A stretch of 64,000 nucleotides of DNA, taken from positions 26,414,001 to 26,478,000 of the forward strand of contig NC_058369.1 of assembly GCF_018350175.1 (NCBI RefSeq), given 5' to 3'. Below, piece by piece: positions 38,545 to 49,051 of the stretch (position 1 is its first letter; every line of letters begins with the position of its first letter). Under the pieces are notes generated by a model that was not told the DNA's origin, searched no databases, and saw only the letters and a list, made by a program, of their open reading frames with translations. Source of the DNA: Felis catus. Taxonomy: Eukaryota. The translations under genes and the position numbers were made by a program.

Positions 38545-40486
38545 CGCGCGCGCGCATGCGTGGCGTCTGTGTGGGGGCAGCATGCTTGTGAGAGAGGCCT
38601 TGGCCCTCATTCCCCACAGTTGAGTTGGTTTCCTCAGCTACTTCAAAGTTCCCTTGGAGGCCTCTCAACTGCTCGCTGATGAAATTATTCACATCCCACC
38701 TGTTTAAAGTGAGACCCCGAAGTTCAAGAAAGTGAATTGATTTGCTCAAGGTCACCAGCCTAGACCAGGGCACCAACCCAAGGTACACTGGAATCAGAGC
38801 CAGTACTATTCTGCTGTCCAACTTTGTTCTCACTGGGGACAGATGGGGCTGGGGGGGGGGGGCGATGGATACTCACGGTCCCCAGGCCACCATTTGGTGG
38901 CAGTCATCGTGGGGCTGTGTACCACAAACTCCTGGGTGGCTGCATCATAGGTGGCTTCAGTCTCCAGGCCCTGAAGATATGTCCCTTGGAATCAAGGAGG
39001 GAAGTTAGACATGGGGCCAGGGTAGGCATCTCACCTGGGGAGGAGTGTCCTGGTGGGCCTGGAGCTGCCAGGCACCTGCCTAGTCTGGAGTGGGGGGAGC
39101 TCCCCGCTGTACCCTCAGGCATCTCTCCTCTTTCACCCGTGGGCTGTGAGGGGGACACATGGCCAGCCCATGACAAGGGATGGTCGCTGACATTTCCAGA
39201 AGGAATGACTTGCCCATTGCTAGCTCATACGACCTGTTTGTGTAAATTAGAAAAAGGTACCCCCTCCTTCAAGACCCTTGCCTGCCACCTGCTGGAATGT
39301 TTTCACATGAAATCTGTACAATATCTGACCACTGAGATGTGAATGGGCTCTCCGGAACCTTGCACAACCTGCACACGGCGTCAGGAGCCCTGGCTCACCG
39401 TGTCCCAGTTCTGTCTGGGCGTATGTTGTGATGATCTGGAAATTATTGCAGAGTGGGGCCCATTTGGCAATCTGCTCCTCTGAGCCCAGGCTCCTGAGGG
39501 CTTTCAGGAAAAGGCTGTGTATAATTAAGGCCACTTCTCCAGAAACGGCTCTGTTGGGGAGAGATGCAGTGGTTGAGTAGTGCCTTGGAGACAGGGACCC
39601 GGTACCATCAGCCTGGCAGCATGCAGGAGGGAAGGGGTACCTGCCATCCTGCTTTCCCGACAGCCACTGCCTTTAAAGTAGGGGAAAATCACTCATGGGG
39701 TTAAGGGTTTCCAGGTGATCCCAGGTAAATTCCTCTCTGGTGGAGCTACCCTGGGAGTGAGTACCTGTGAGCGTAAAATAATTCAGGACTGTTTTCCAAC
39801 CAGCCCAGGCGCTTTGCTATTGTCTGGATGTGGAACTTCCTCTGAATGGCGGCCTCATAACATTCATTCTGGGTCATGAAATAATTATCCTTCAGGCTGC
39901 ATTTTAGATCACTGTGGATGATGCTCTCTTCCAAAAAAACAAAGAACAGAAGGCTTAGAGATCTGGGTGAGGTTCCTGGCGCCTTCAGATCTTCCCACCC
40001 GCTTGCCTCATGGACGTGGAAAGGAAGCCAGACATTACTGTCATGTTACAGACACAATGACCAAGCACCCGAGGAGGGAAAGTGACTTGCCCAAGATTAC
40101 AAAGCTATGCAGTGGCAGAATAAGGACCAGCACCCAGGTCTTCTTCTGCCTAGGACTCTTCTATCCTTCAGGTGGGCTCAGGGAATACGAACAGGTTTAA
40201 GACGTCTTTAGAGCCCAAAGGAATGAATCTCTAACGGTGGGATTTTGAGATCAAATTTGTTATTTGAAGTTGGGACTGCTAGCGAAGGGCTCTTCTTCCA
40301 AGAAAAGCATCCCAGCCTCTTCTTACCAACTTTCCTCCGGAGTGCAGTGTTCTCGGCTCCGCCATCAAGGATGTTGGTGAGCCGTTCCACGTTGAAAGAC
40401 TGTATGTTCCTCTCACACTCTATGTCGGGGTGCACTTGCCTGCTCCAGGTATCCCCCAGGGACACTCGGTGCACTGGGCTGCCCAT
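13217..40486 (-). CDS. ACOX2: ACOX2, peroxisomal branched-chain acyl-CoA oxidase, 681 aa; complement(join(13217..13279,16407..16539,23681..23898,28508..28613,30088..30267,31711..31901,33058..33220,35445..35617,36287..36402,36717..36836,38877..38984,39399..39550,39765..39927,40327..40486))
   Basis: 14 coding exons sum to 2046 nt with consistent phases and no internal stop. Starts [17 protein letters not shown]; has acyl-CoA oxidase motifs [22 protein letters not shown] and TYEG; ends in PTS1 -AKL*. Confidence 0.97.
16407..16539 (-). CDS. ACOX2: ACOX2 exon 14
   Basis: [48 protein letters not shown] flanks. Confidence 0.95.
17430..17675 (-). mobile_element. CAN-SINE with (ATATT)n tail
   Basis: Reverse SINE body; pentamer microsatellite at 17434-17472. 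Confidence 0.85.
17745..17956 (-). mobile_element. CAN-SINE with 15-bp TSD
   Basis: TSD tgaatgaaatatttt at 17724-17738 and 17957-17971. Confidence 0.92.
18300..20150 (+). mobile_element. Degraded L2 LINE, interrupted by a short SINE at 19206-19321
   Basis: L2-like motifs (caaacttaacatgttcaaaaccaaac, cacttggattattgaggcagcctcctagctgggctccctgc); boundaries approximate. Confidence 0.7.
20427..20642 (-). mobile_element. CAN-SINE
   Basis: Typical reverse-strand SINEC_Fc-like element. Confidence 0.9.
22065..22262 (+). mobile_element. CAN-SINE
   Basis: Head, CT region and A tail; flanks share agcatttcc. Confidence 0.85.
23115..23345 (+). mobile_element. MIR
   Basis: MIR core: gaccctgggcaagttacctaac...cctgaatttcctc...taaaatgggg...taaatgagatgatgtatgtgaaagc. 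Confidence 0.85.
23681..23898 (-). CDS. ACOX2: ACOX2 exon 13
   Basis: [73 protein letters not shown]; donor GTAAGT. Confidence 0.95.
25185..25589 (+). mobile_element. Solo ERV LTR (405 bp) in ACOX2 intron 12
   Basis: Termini TGATGTG...CACATCA (perfect 7-bp inverted repeat), TSD GTTGG at 25180-25184 and 25590-25594, TATATAA at 25431-25437, degenerate polyA signal (taacaaaa) at ~25499-25506. Confidence 0.88.
26090..26310 (-). mobile_element. MIR
   Basis: ccattttgcagatgagactgaggcac...cccaaggtcacatggctagtagtaagtgg. Confidence 0.85.
28508..28613 (-). CDS. ACOX2: ACOX2 exon 12
   Basis: [39 protein letters not shown] flanks. Confidence 0.95.
28788..28954 (-). mobile_element. CAN-SINE (internally deleted)
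   Basis: Reverse SINE missing part of its body. Confidence 0.8.
30088..30267 (-). CDS. ACOX2: ACOX2 exon 11
   Basis: [60 protein letters not shown]. Confidence 0.95.
31711..31901 (-). CDS. ACOX2: ACOX2 exon 10 (catalytic Glu region)
   Basis: [64 protein letters not shown]; not captured by the ORF track. Confidence 0.95.
33058..33220 (-). CDS. ACOX2: ACOX2 exon 9
   Basis: [54 protein letters not shown]. Confidence 0.95.
33323..33501 (+). mobile_element. CAN-SINE
   Basis: Head/CT/A-tail layout; flanks resemble aaaactgatag TSD. Confidence 0.85.
35445..35617 (-). CDS. ACOX2: ACOX2 exon 8 (GC donor)
   Basis: [57 protein letters not shown]; the frame requires the donor CCCAG|GCAAGA. Confidence 0.92.
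36287..36402 (-). CDS. ACOX2: ACOX2 exon 7
   Basis: [39 protein letters not shown]. Confidence 0.95.
36717..36836 (-). CDS. ACOX2: ACOX2 exon 6
   Basis: [40 protein letters not shown]; donor GTAAG. Confidence 0.95.
38496..38554. repeat. (TG)n(CG)n alternating purine-pyrimidine microsatellite
   Basis: About 20 TG units followed by about 9 CG units. Confidence 0.95.
38877..38984 (-). CDS. ACOX2: ACOX2 exon 5
   Basis: [36 protein letters not shown]; donor GTGAGT. Confidence 0.95.
39399..39550 (-). CDS. ACOX2: ACOX2 exon 4
   Basis: [50 protein letters not shown]. Confidence 0.95.
39765..39927 (-). CDS. ACOX2: ACOX2 exon 3
   Basis: [55 protein letters not shown]. Confidence 0.95.
40327..40486 (-). 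CDS. ACOX2: ACOX2 exon 2 coding part (start codon)
   Basis: [53 protein letters not shown]; donor GTAAGA; candidate upstream acceptors at 40510-40511 or 40606-40607. Confidence 0.95.
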
Positions 40487-41619
40487 CCTAGCTGGGATCT
40501 GTTTGGTGCCTGAGGAGAGATACTTCTGGCCTCGCTGCTCTGAGCCTTGGCGGTTGTGGAGGCGGTGGGGGGTGGGGGGGTTGCTAAGAATGTGTGCGGG
40601 GTTTGCTGTGAAGAATACAGGTTCAGCCTGGCTGTGGGGGATGCACAGGGGTCCCGGGGGAACACAGAGAGTGTCCAGAGCTTAGTGTCCATCAGGGGCT
40701 GCTTAGCATAGGAAACTAACCCCCCCTTAAGTATTTGAGTGCCACCGTACCCTACCGTGCTGCCTGTGAGCACTTGGCTGGAATCGCATGCAATAATCGC
40801 TCAGTAAACAGTAGTTCAGTACCTGTTTGTCGAGATTTGGGCAAGATCCGATCACAGAGCTCATGCTCTGTCCACTGCAATGTGTGTTCACAAGAATTGC
40901 CTGGGGGAATTCTCACAAAAAGTCAGTTAACTTCACACACGTAAGTTGGTGAGCTTGAGCGTGTGGCCTCTAGCCACAGAGCGGGAGGTGGCCAAGAGTC
41001 GGACAGGGTCTGACCACAGAGCACATGCTCTGTCCATGCTATGGCCTTGCCAAGGGGACTCACTGTAGGGAGGGACCTGTGATCGTATAAGTCTTGGGCT
41101 CATTTGGCCCATTTCTGTGAGCTTTGAGGGGAGGAAGCTTGCCTCTGACCTGGGAAGTGTTCCCCCTGGGACCCCTGTGCGTCCCCCACAGCCAGGCTGA
41201 ACCTGTATTCTTTGCAGCAAACCCTCAGACTCTCAGAAGCTCCTCTCACCCCACTGTAAGACAACCACCGGATACGGTCCATTCTGCTTCTTAGGTATCT
41301 CAAATTCATTTGTTCCATCCCCATGTCTATCCCCCAGGCCGCCATCACCTCTCACCTGGCCTCAGTGTCTTGACTGTCTGTTCTCCTGGCTGCCAGGCTG
41401 AGCTCTTAAACTGTAGTCCTGTTGTTTCCCTCCCCTGCTTGGAATTTGCCCCTTGTGTCCACTGCTTGTAGAAGAGAGTCCATGCTCCCTGCACTGCCCT
41501 TTGTCCTGTTTCAGCTTACCTCCACACCTGGGTGGGGACTACCCCTCTCCTCCTGCCCTGTGCCTCTGCTATTTCCCCCAGTGTTTTTTTTTTTTAAAGG
41601 ACTGTTTTGTTTTTTAAAT

Positions 41620-42079
41620 AATTTTTAATGTTTATTTAGTTTTGATAGAGAGACAGAGTGTGAACAGGGGAGGGCAGAGAGAGAGGGAGATAAAGAATCT
41701 GAATCACTGGGGCGCCTGGGTGGCGCAGTCGGTTAAGCGTCCGACTTCAGCCAGGTCACGATCTCGCGGTCCGTGAGTTCGAGCCCCGCATCAGGCTCTG
41801 GGCTGATGGCTCAGAGCCTGGAGCCTGTTTCTGATTCTGTGTCTCCCTCTCTCTCTTCCCCTCCCCCGTTCATGCTCTGTCTCTCTCTCTGTCCCAAAAA
41901 TAAATAAACGTTGAAAAAAAAAATTAAAAAAAAAAAAAAAAGAATCTGAATCAGGCTCCAGGCTCTGAGCTGTGAGCACAGAGCCCAATGGGGGCCTCAA
42001 ACTCACAAACTGAACCCTGAGATCATGACCTGAGCCAAAGTTGGTGGCTTAACTGACTGAGCCACCCAGGCATCCTCCC
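41620..42079 (-). mobile_element. Older CAN-SINE interrupted by a younger SINEC_Fc
   Basis: Host SINE halves at ~41620-41706 and ~41954-42079. Confidence 0.9.
41709..41940 (+). mobile_element. Young SINEC_Fc nested in an older SINE
   Basis: GGGGCGCCTGGGTGGCGCAGTCGG...polyA; TSD aaagaatctgaatca at 41692-41706 and 41939-41953. Confidence 0.93.
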
Positions 42080-43134
42080 CCTGGTGTTCCTGGTGAGACC
42101 CAGCCTCTAAGGACCCTTCCTCTAAGAAGCCTTCCTGGTGACAGCAGCACCCCTGGAAGAACTGAGTGCCCCTTTGCTGTCCCCTGGGGGCTATTAGAGT
42201 AGACAATATGGCTTATTTACTCGAATGTCCCCCTTCCAAGGCAGGGAGTGCCTGGGTGACCACTTCTGCTTTTCCTTGGATCCCATGAGCTTAGCTCTCA
42301 TGTGGCTTGCTGTAACTCTTTCCTGCAGGCAGCCACTATTTTGATTCCCTTTCTTCTTCACCACAACCCTACAGATAAGGTATTGTTTTTACCATTTTAC
42401 AGAGAGGTCAGGAAGGGAAGGAAGGAGACCCTGTAAGGTCACGCAGCACATACGGCAAATGGGATTCGTATGCAGGCTTCCAAATCAAAACTCCTGAGTA
42501 GACGGCAGGGCCGTGGGGGGTCTGACAGGGGGCCTGGAGGGTTCAAGGAGCCCCTATCATCTGCCCCCACAGAACCCCTGCAAGGTTGCCTCAATGGTCT
42601 CCTGTCTTCCTGCTCTACACCCTAACTGCTGCTGTCTCTTCGCTGTGCTTGAACACCCCAGGCCTCCCCAAAACCAGCCTCTGCCAGGCTGTATCCTCTG
42701 CCTGAAACACTCTTCTTCTGGAACACTCTTTCCACAAATGTCCTCTTGGCTCTCTCATTACATCCTTCAAGTCTTTGCTCAATATCACCTTCTCAGTGGG
42801 GCCCACCTGACTGCCCTCTTTAAAATCCCACGCCTCCTCTCCCTGCTCTACTTTTTCTTCTAACATACAAGGTAATTTACTCACTTATGTTCTTGTTTAT
42901 TGCTGCCTTCCCTATTACAGGGTCAAGTCCAAGGGGGCAGGGGCCGTTGTCACATTACCCTAGCGTCCTAGGGCCTGGCCTACAGGCAGGGTCTAGGAAA
43001 TAGGGGTAGAAATGAAATGAAAGCAGTGCTCAGAGTCATTAGGAGTGCGGGAAGGGTCATTACTCAGGTGGGACAGTCCTTAGTCCCCAGTACTCAGGCT
43101 CCCAGTCCCTCCCCTGTCTCTCGGCCCAGCTCAC

Positions 43135-43400
43135 CTGTGTCCTGTGTCTGTCCTGCAGGCTTGACCTGGCCTCTCTATCGAAAGGCCTAGGTTTCCTATG
43201 GGTGGCCCAGCCCCTTTCTCCTCCCCTAGGATGAGCTGGAACAGGAAATACTAAAGGCAGCACTTGGCAGGCTGTCCTCTCTCAGTTGTCCCTGGTTCAC
43301 TGTTGCCAGGCTCAAGTTTTTCCCCTGCTCCTCTGTCTTCAAGTGGGTGTGACCATGCTGTGCCAGAGCCAGAGCTGCCCAGGAGGATTTCTCCATGGAG
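43135..43400 (-). other. ACOX2: Candidate ACOX2 non-coding exon 1 / promoter region
   Basis: Strong minus-strand donor GGACACAG|GTGAGC at 43135/43134 in repeat-free DNA ~2.6 kb upstream of the ATG exon; ACOX2 orthologues have a non-coding first exon as I recall. 5' end is a guess. Confidence 0.4.
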
Positions 43401-44216
43401 CATCAGCCGCTGAGCCTCATCTTCCTCTTCCTCTCTCCACCTGCCTGGCCCTATGTCTCAGAGCCAGTTCCCAGGAACATGCAGAGATTTGCATTCTGTG
43501 CAAGGAAACACCACCGCCCTCCGCTGGAGTCCAGAGGCCTGGGTTCAAATCCTGAAGATTTGACTCTGAGTTACTTCAACTCTCTGAGCTTCCCTTCCCT
43601 CGTCTATAATTCACGGGGTATAAAGGAAAGCTCTTGGTAAACTGTGAAGCACCAGGATTTGTAACTTGAGACTATTACTGTTTTCTTGGTTCCCCAGGAG
43701 AGAATTTCTTAATTTCCAGGAGTGATGTTGAATGGTGGAACTTCTGATTTGCTGGCAGCCTGCTGGTGAGATATTCCATGGGCAGGCGTGTGAGCGCTTG
43801 GGTTGTACCAGAAGCATTGAGTTGATTTATTACCTATACATCTTTTTAAGTGCCCACAGTGATCTAAGCACTGGAGCATGGCAGGAAGCAAAAACAAAAC
43901 AAAACAAACCTGCACCCGTCCCCTGACCTTGTGGAAACTTGGGACTAGGGGGCTGTTGGGGAGACAGTAATCACAGTAGGAATGAGCAGGAAAACCTACA
44001 TGGGACGCACACAGTCACTTCTAATGAGTTTATAACTTTTTTGAACTTAAAGCTTTATCGCCCTCTCCTCCTGCTCCCGCTGTTCCCCAGGCCTCTCCAG
44101 CACTACCTGTCTGGCTCCTCTTTATCTTTTCATCTCACCACACTGTTTTGGGAAGTCACCCTGGTCTGGATTAGAAGTTCCTGGGCCTGCTTTCTTAGCT
44201 CCAAGTTTTGGGTCTT

Positions 44217-44970
44217 TGTGATGTATGTATATATTCGGTCTTTGTCCCCAGTTCCTGGCACAGAGCCCCCAAACCCTTGCAGTCTCCTGAGTGATAAGGA
44301 CTATCTTTTGTGTCTATGGATGGGGGCCCATAGGTACCTTCAGGGTGGGGCCTGGTTGCTGGAAAGAGCAAATCTTAAAATTACAGCACTGGAATTTTTA
44401 GTCCTCCCCAGCACACCCTCCCCACCCAAACTCCAGGGAGGGGAGAGAGGATGCAGATTGAGCTAATCGCCAGTGGTCAATGACCCAATCGATTATGCCT
44501 GTGTAATGAAACCTTGGTAAAAACCCCTAAGCAACATGGTTTGGGGAGAGTTGGTGGACACGGAGGTGTTGGGAGGTGGCCCAGAAAGCTCTGTGCTGCC
44601 TCCCTTCCAAGACCTCGTCCTCTGCATCCCTTCCAATAGGCTGTTCCCAAGTTGCATCCTTTATAACCAACCAATAACCGTAAGTAAAGTGCTTCCCTCA
44701 GTTCTGTCATTCTAGCAAATTACTGAACCTGGGGTGGGGGGTTGTGGGAACCCCTGAATTTATAGCCAGCAGGTCAAATGTACAGGTGGCCCCTGGGATT
44801 TGCACTTGTTGTCTGACATGGGAGCAGTCTTGTGGGACTGATCCTTAAACCTGTGGGGCCTACACTAACCCCAGGAGTTGGTGTCAGAATTGAACTGAAT
44901 TGTCGAACACACAATTGTGTTGGAGGATTGGTTGTTGGTGTGGAAAAACCACACGTTGGTGTTAGAAAAA
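44217..44970 (+). mobile_element. MER21-like ERVL LTR
   Basis: Recognised motifs (ccccagttcctggcacagagc, agtaaagtgcttccctcagttctgt, ggtgtcagaattgaactgaattg); family assigned by recall. Confidence 0.7.
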
Positions 44971-45265
44971 GACACCACACCCTTGGTACACCCACTACAG
45001 TGGTGGGTATTTTGTCTTTAGCTATTGGTTTTTGTGTAAATCACTAATGAAAGCAAGCACTATGTTGTTCTTGGTCACCAATACAGTCCCAGCCCCAGGG
45101 ACCCAGACCAGGTCTAGCCCAGGGTAGGTGCTCAACAAATATTTGGTAGATGAATGAACAAACAAAAGTTGACAGAAGCCATCCAGATTCTCTACCCCAA
45201 AGGCACAGCCAAACTTAGTGAAGGACTTTGGAGCTTTGACGTTTGTTTTTTTTAAGGTGGAAATT

Positions 45266-45310
<45 letters not shown>

Positions 45311-46665
45311 ACCCTATTTGTACACAATTGTACACTTTGACCTGAGATCCAGCCCTGCAATCTCAAAGCTGGGGATTCTGCTGGGACTACTTGTACCAAA
45401 AATCTGTGTACCCAGCTGGGTTTCCAAGGTGATCCTGGTCTTTCTGCAGCCTTTCCTGATCTTTCCTGATGGACCTTTATCCTATGTCCTTCAGGAGCAT
45501 AGTTGTTAATGTCCAAGGAGCTCCCCACAGGTGGTCCTTATGTGAAAGGGTAGCTCTGCAAGGTGAATGATTTTTCTCTTTCCCTATGTTTCTGCTCTAA
45601 AATTTGGCTTCTCTTATGCTTAGCATTAATATTAGTATTCATTAGTATTCATACACCTCTGACCATCATTCCCTGCACGAATATTTTTGGAGCATGGGGC
45701 ACTGCTTGTGGTGGGACCCAGAGTGGAGCCAGGTCTCTGTGAGTGGGGTGGGATGTTTACAGGTTCCCTCACTTCCACTGCATAGACAGCCCTGGAAAGT
45801 GGGATGACTCTTTTCATTTTGCAGAAGTGGAGACAAGCCCAGAGAGGTGTTGTCATTTGACCAGGTTTGCACAGTAAGTAGGATGCAGAACTGGAATTTG
45901 GACCAGCTTTGCTGGCTCTTTATATTTGCACAAGGTTGGGAAAGAAGTCAAGAGACCTACGTACCTGTTCTGGCAGGACTTCTGAGGTGTAGTCATTCTG
46001 GACAGGTGCCCTCTTCTTCTGGATGTTGGCTTCCCCCCTTGTGGTGTGCGGTATCTTCTCTTTGAGGGGTCTCATCCCTCCCCACCATGTACTTGAGGTA
46101 GTGTCAAGCTTGTGTCTTGAGGAAGAGACAGACCCCAAGCTTTGAGATGTTACTCAGCAGATCCTGCTGGGACTGGGAGGCCTGGACGCTGGATTCCCTG
46201 TTGCTGTTAGCAGTGGCTGTACACAAGGTAGTGACTCCAGGGAAGGTGGCCTTGACCCTACTATTTGGAGGTGAAAGTTCTGGGTCCCAAACTTGCCTCT
46301 GCCAAGAACTTGTGCTGGCTCTTTTTTTTTTTTTTTTTAATGTTGATTTATTTATTTTTGAGAGTGGGGAGGGGCAGAAAGAGGGAGAGAGAGAATCTCA
46401 AGCAGGCTCTGTGCCGACACAAACAGTGAGATATGACCCGAAATCAAGAGGTGGATGCTTAACTGACTTAAGCCATCCAGGTGCCCCTGGGCTGCCTCTT
46501 ATGATGGGCAGTTACTTATTTTTTCTTGGCCATAGTTTCCACATCTTGATTGTTTTGAGATTAAACTCAATGTTCTTTTAATATTTGATAAATTCCATGT
46601 TTAAAAAGTTTCTTCATCAACCTTGGAGCTGACCCTGCTCTAAATGTTTTGGATGTGATTATTTT

Positions 46666-46745
46666 ATTTTATTTTTTAAAGTTTTAAAATTTATTTTGAC
46701 AGAGAGAGAGAGAGAGCACGCGCACAGCAAGCTGGAGAGGGGCAG

Positions 46746-46782
<37 letters not shown>

Positions 46783-46956
46783 CAGACAGAGAGAGAGAGA
46801 AATCCCAAGCAGGCTCTGTGCTGTCAGCATAGATGGGCCCAACTTGGGGCTTGAAGCAGTGCTCTAGGGAGGACTTGAACTCACAAACTGTGAGATCATA
46901 ACCTGAGCTGAAATCAAGAGTCTGACACTTAATTGACTAAGCCACACAGGTGCCCC
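46666..46956 (-). mobile_element. CAN-SINE with TSD atgtgattatttt
   Basis: TSD at 46653-46665 and 46960-46972; neighbouring SINEs at ~46321-46487 (-) and ~47150-47310 (+). Confidence 0.88.
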
Positions 46957-47495
46957 ATGATGTGATTATTTTAATTTGTTGCACCAAACTATTCAATTCT
47001 TTAGCTAAAATTTTTTTTATTTTGAAAAATTTCAAACCCGTATAAAACAATATAACGAATTCATATGTACTTAACACCCAGCTTTAACAATTATCATCTC
47101 ATCTTTCCCTATTCTTTGTGTTTTAACTTTTATTTTGAAATAACTTTAAGCGTGCCTGGGTGGCTCAATTGGTTAAGCATCCAACACTTGATATCAGCTC
47201 AGGTCATGATCTCATGGTTGGTGAGTTTAAGCCCTGCATCAGGCTCTATGCTGAAAGTGTGGAGTCTGCTTGGGATTCTGTCTTTTCCCTCTCAAAATAA
47301 ACAAACTTACTTTTTTTTTTTTTTTAAAAGAAATAACTTTAGACTTTCAGAAAGTTGCAAAAAAAATAGTAGTTTCCATATAACTTCCCTCAGCCTCCTC
47401 CAGTGTTAAATCTTACATAACCATAGTGTAGTTATTGAACCCAATAAATTAACACTGATCCAATACTATTAACTAATCTTCAAAAGTTATTTGAG

Positions 47496-48088
47496 TGTAT
47501 TGGAGGGTCTTCAAGATCAATCTCAGGTTCAATGCTTTGCAAGAAGGACTCTCGGAACTCAGGAAAACTTTTATACTCGTGGTTATGGCTTAGTACAGCA
47601 AAATGATACAGATTAAAATCAGCAAAGGAAAAAAAATATGTAAGGTAGAGTCCAGGAGGGACCAGACATGAGGTCCCAGTTATCCTCTCCCAGTGGTGTT
47701 GTAGGGACAGTATTTAATTCTCCCTCCATGAGAGCACACATGAAATGCTGATAACCAGGGAAGCTCATCCCAGACTCAGTGTCCATGGTTATGGGCATCG
47801 GCCACAGAGGAATGGAATGCTGGTTACTCAGTCACTTAGTTACTTAGTACCTCAGTTACTCAGCCCCTAGCCCTCCAGAGGTCAGGCTGACATAGCGTGG
47901 CCCCCATAAGTCACATTGTTAGTGTAAACTGCCTGGCAAGGCCCAAGGCCCTGGGTAGACAGAGACACTCTGTTCAGACAGGCCATTCCAAGAGCATAGA
48001 GCTTATCTCGCAGGGGCTGTGAAGGGTCAGTCCCTTCTTTGGAATGTGCAGGGTTTGAAGTCCTGATGAGTTAGCCATTTACTGTACA
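47496..48088. mobile_element. MER77/MER21-group ERVL solo LTR inserted in an old L1M fragment
   Basis: TG...CA termini with 5-bp TSD TTGAG (47491-47495, 48089-48093); L1M-like sequence on both sides. Confidence 0.78.
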
Positions 48089-48481
48089 TTGAGTTTTGCC
48101 ACTTTTGCCACTAATGTCCTTTTTCTGCTTCAGGATCCAGTCCAGGATCTTTCATTGCCTTTAAATGTCTTATCTTCTCCAACTTGTACAGCTCCTCAGT
48201 CTTTGTCTTTTATGACCTTGACATTTGATGAGTACTGGTCAGGTCTTTTCTTAGAATGTCCCTCAATTTGGACTGGGGTGTGAGAAGGTATGGGGTGACA
48301 CCTCCCCAAAAAGGGGGGTACTGGGAGAAGCAATGGCACTTTGGTTAGCCAGCCACAAGGGAGAGATGGATGCTAGACATGCTTAGGGACTAAGAGAAAT
48401 GAATGAGTGGAGACATGGCTCGAAGATTAGTGACAGATATGACCAAGTAAGCTAGCAGGGAAATGGAAGGCGAAAATGAAC

Positions 48482-49051
48482 TTTTATTTTTTATTTTATT
48501 TTATTTTATTTTATTTTATTTTATTTTATTTTATTTTATTTTTACCAGTGGAATTTATTGTTATTTTTGTTATTTTCAGCAATATAAGTAGCTTTGATAT
48601 TTTCTGACAAACAGATCACACTTCAAGTGTCTCCTTTTGATAAAGCTCTTCTGTATCTTTCTTTTTTTTTCTTTTTAATATAACTTATGGTCAAATTGGT
48701 TTACATACAACACCCAGTGCTCATCCCAACAAGTGCCCTCCTCCATGCCCATCACCCATTTTCCCCTCTCCCCCACCCCCCCATCAACCCTCAGTTTGTT
48801 CTCTGTATTTAAGAGTCTCTTATGGTTTGCCTCCTTCTCTGTTCGTAACTATTTTTTCCCCTTCCCTTCCCCTGTGGTCTTCTGAAGTTTCTCAAGATCC
48901 ACATATGAGTGAAAACATATGGTATCTGTTTTTCTCTGACTGTCTTATTTCACTTAGCATGATACCCTCCAGTTCCATCCATGAATACCTTCCAGTATTC
49001 CATTGTATATATAAACCACATCTTCTTTATCCATTCATCAGTTGATGGACA
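48482..49051 (-). mobile_element. 5'-truncated carnivore L1 3' end with probable 3' transduction
   Basis: L1 3' UTR-like sequence at ~48660-49051; unique ~113 bp segment and (TTTTA)n tail; 17-bp TSD gaaaatgaacttttatt at 48472-48488 and 49052-49068. Confidence 0.85.

Noticed and set aside
13217..40486. ACOX2 pseudogenisation, since several exons are missing from the ORF track
   Set aside because: Manual translation found all 14 coding exons with intact frames, splice sites and PTS1; total 681 aa.
41709..41790. tRNA-like A/B-box sequence
   Set aside because: It is the tRNA-derived head of a CAN-SINE followed by CT and polyA segments, not a tRNA gene.
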